A model generated the notes under the pieces. The model searched no databases. It was not told where the DNA came from and worked only from the letters and a program-made list of their open reading frames with translations. The position numbers and the translations under genes were made by a program. This document shows positions 63,349 to 64,000 of a stretch of 64,000 bases of DNA, piece after piece. The stretch is from assembly GCF_001194135.2 (NCBI RefSeq), contig NC_068984.1, positions 135,411,388-135,475,387 on the forward strand. Reading direction: 5' to 3'. Source of the DNA: Octopus bimaculoides (Eukaryota). Position 1 is the stretch's first letter. The number at the start of each line of letters is the position of its first letter.

Positions 63349-64000
63349 ATGTACTCATCCGTGAGCGACTGTTGTTTGTATTGTACTCTTAAATAACACG
63401 GTTGACCATCCTTATATATGGTTTAAAACGGAACGGAGTAGTAGATTAACAGATTTCTAAATGCGGTTTCTTAGTGCCATCGCTATGAATTGAAATGTCA
63501 CTAAGATCAAATCTACATTCCATGATTCTGTAGCAAATACAATAAGTGTCACTTATCAAATATCATGTTCGATTCAGTGCCATATACACTTGAATACCAA
63601 TGATTATTATAATAGAAACTCGGTAATTGCATTTCCGCTGTTGATACATTACGATGTACTTAATTATAATTCTCCCATGGATTCACCAGTGTAAGGGAGT
63701 GTCTGACAATTTTATTGCCGAAATTCAGTTCAATAGACTTGCAGCAGATCTAAGATCAAATACTTTAGACTCGTCACAGTTCCATTCTTATATCTGATAT
63801 AGTGATTTTAGAGCAGCATTTTCAATGTGACCTTAATTGAGACGCTTGGGTTGCCCTATCAAAACTACCTTATCAAAAGATCAAAGATAAGAGCTTATTC
63901 ACTGGCTTAGCTTATCTTATGTTCACACATGTATTAGGATTTATTCCTGAACACATCCAATATTTTTACACCGGTGTAATCATTTTACATTTATTTACTG

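Noticed and set aside
1-64000. CRISPR array, rRNA, or a prokaryotic or viral gene cluster
   Set aside because: No repeat-spacer array, rRNA motif or gene-dense segment is present; the DNA is typical metazoan intronic or intergenic sequence.

Overview
AT-rich, repeat-dense eukaryotic DNA with 12 N-gaps, most of them flanked by microsatellites. The SINE types and the microsatellite load look like a cephalopod (Octopus-like) short-read assembly, which is an inference. No intact protein-coding gene, RNA gene or CRISPR array can be supported. Almost all long ORFs in the track are artefacts of N-runs or of (CA)n/(TA)n/(AAT)n tracts. Supported content: (i) at least four tRNA-headed SINE types, called families A-D here; (ii) decayed R4/Dong-type RLE non-LTR retrotransposons and the 3' end of a CR1/L2-like LINE; (iii) two DD37D (maT-type) Tc1/mariner remnants; (iv) several MITEs, a foldback element and a probable non-autonomous Helitron; (v) a few weak candidate exons. 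The most interesting signal is SINE family D, present in two same-strand copies (11629-11884 and 15291-15620). It has a tRNA-like Pol III head, an internal (AAT)n tract, and a 3' module that folds as a minimal type I hammerhead ribozyme of the kind carried by Penelope-like elements: stem I GACAC/GTGTT, CUGANGA core, stem II GGCTG/CAGCC, GAAA and a palindromic ACGU stem III. All assignments come from reading and translating the sequence by eye; no searches were run.
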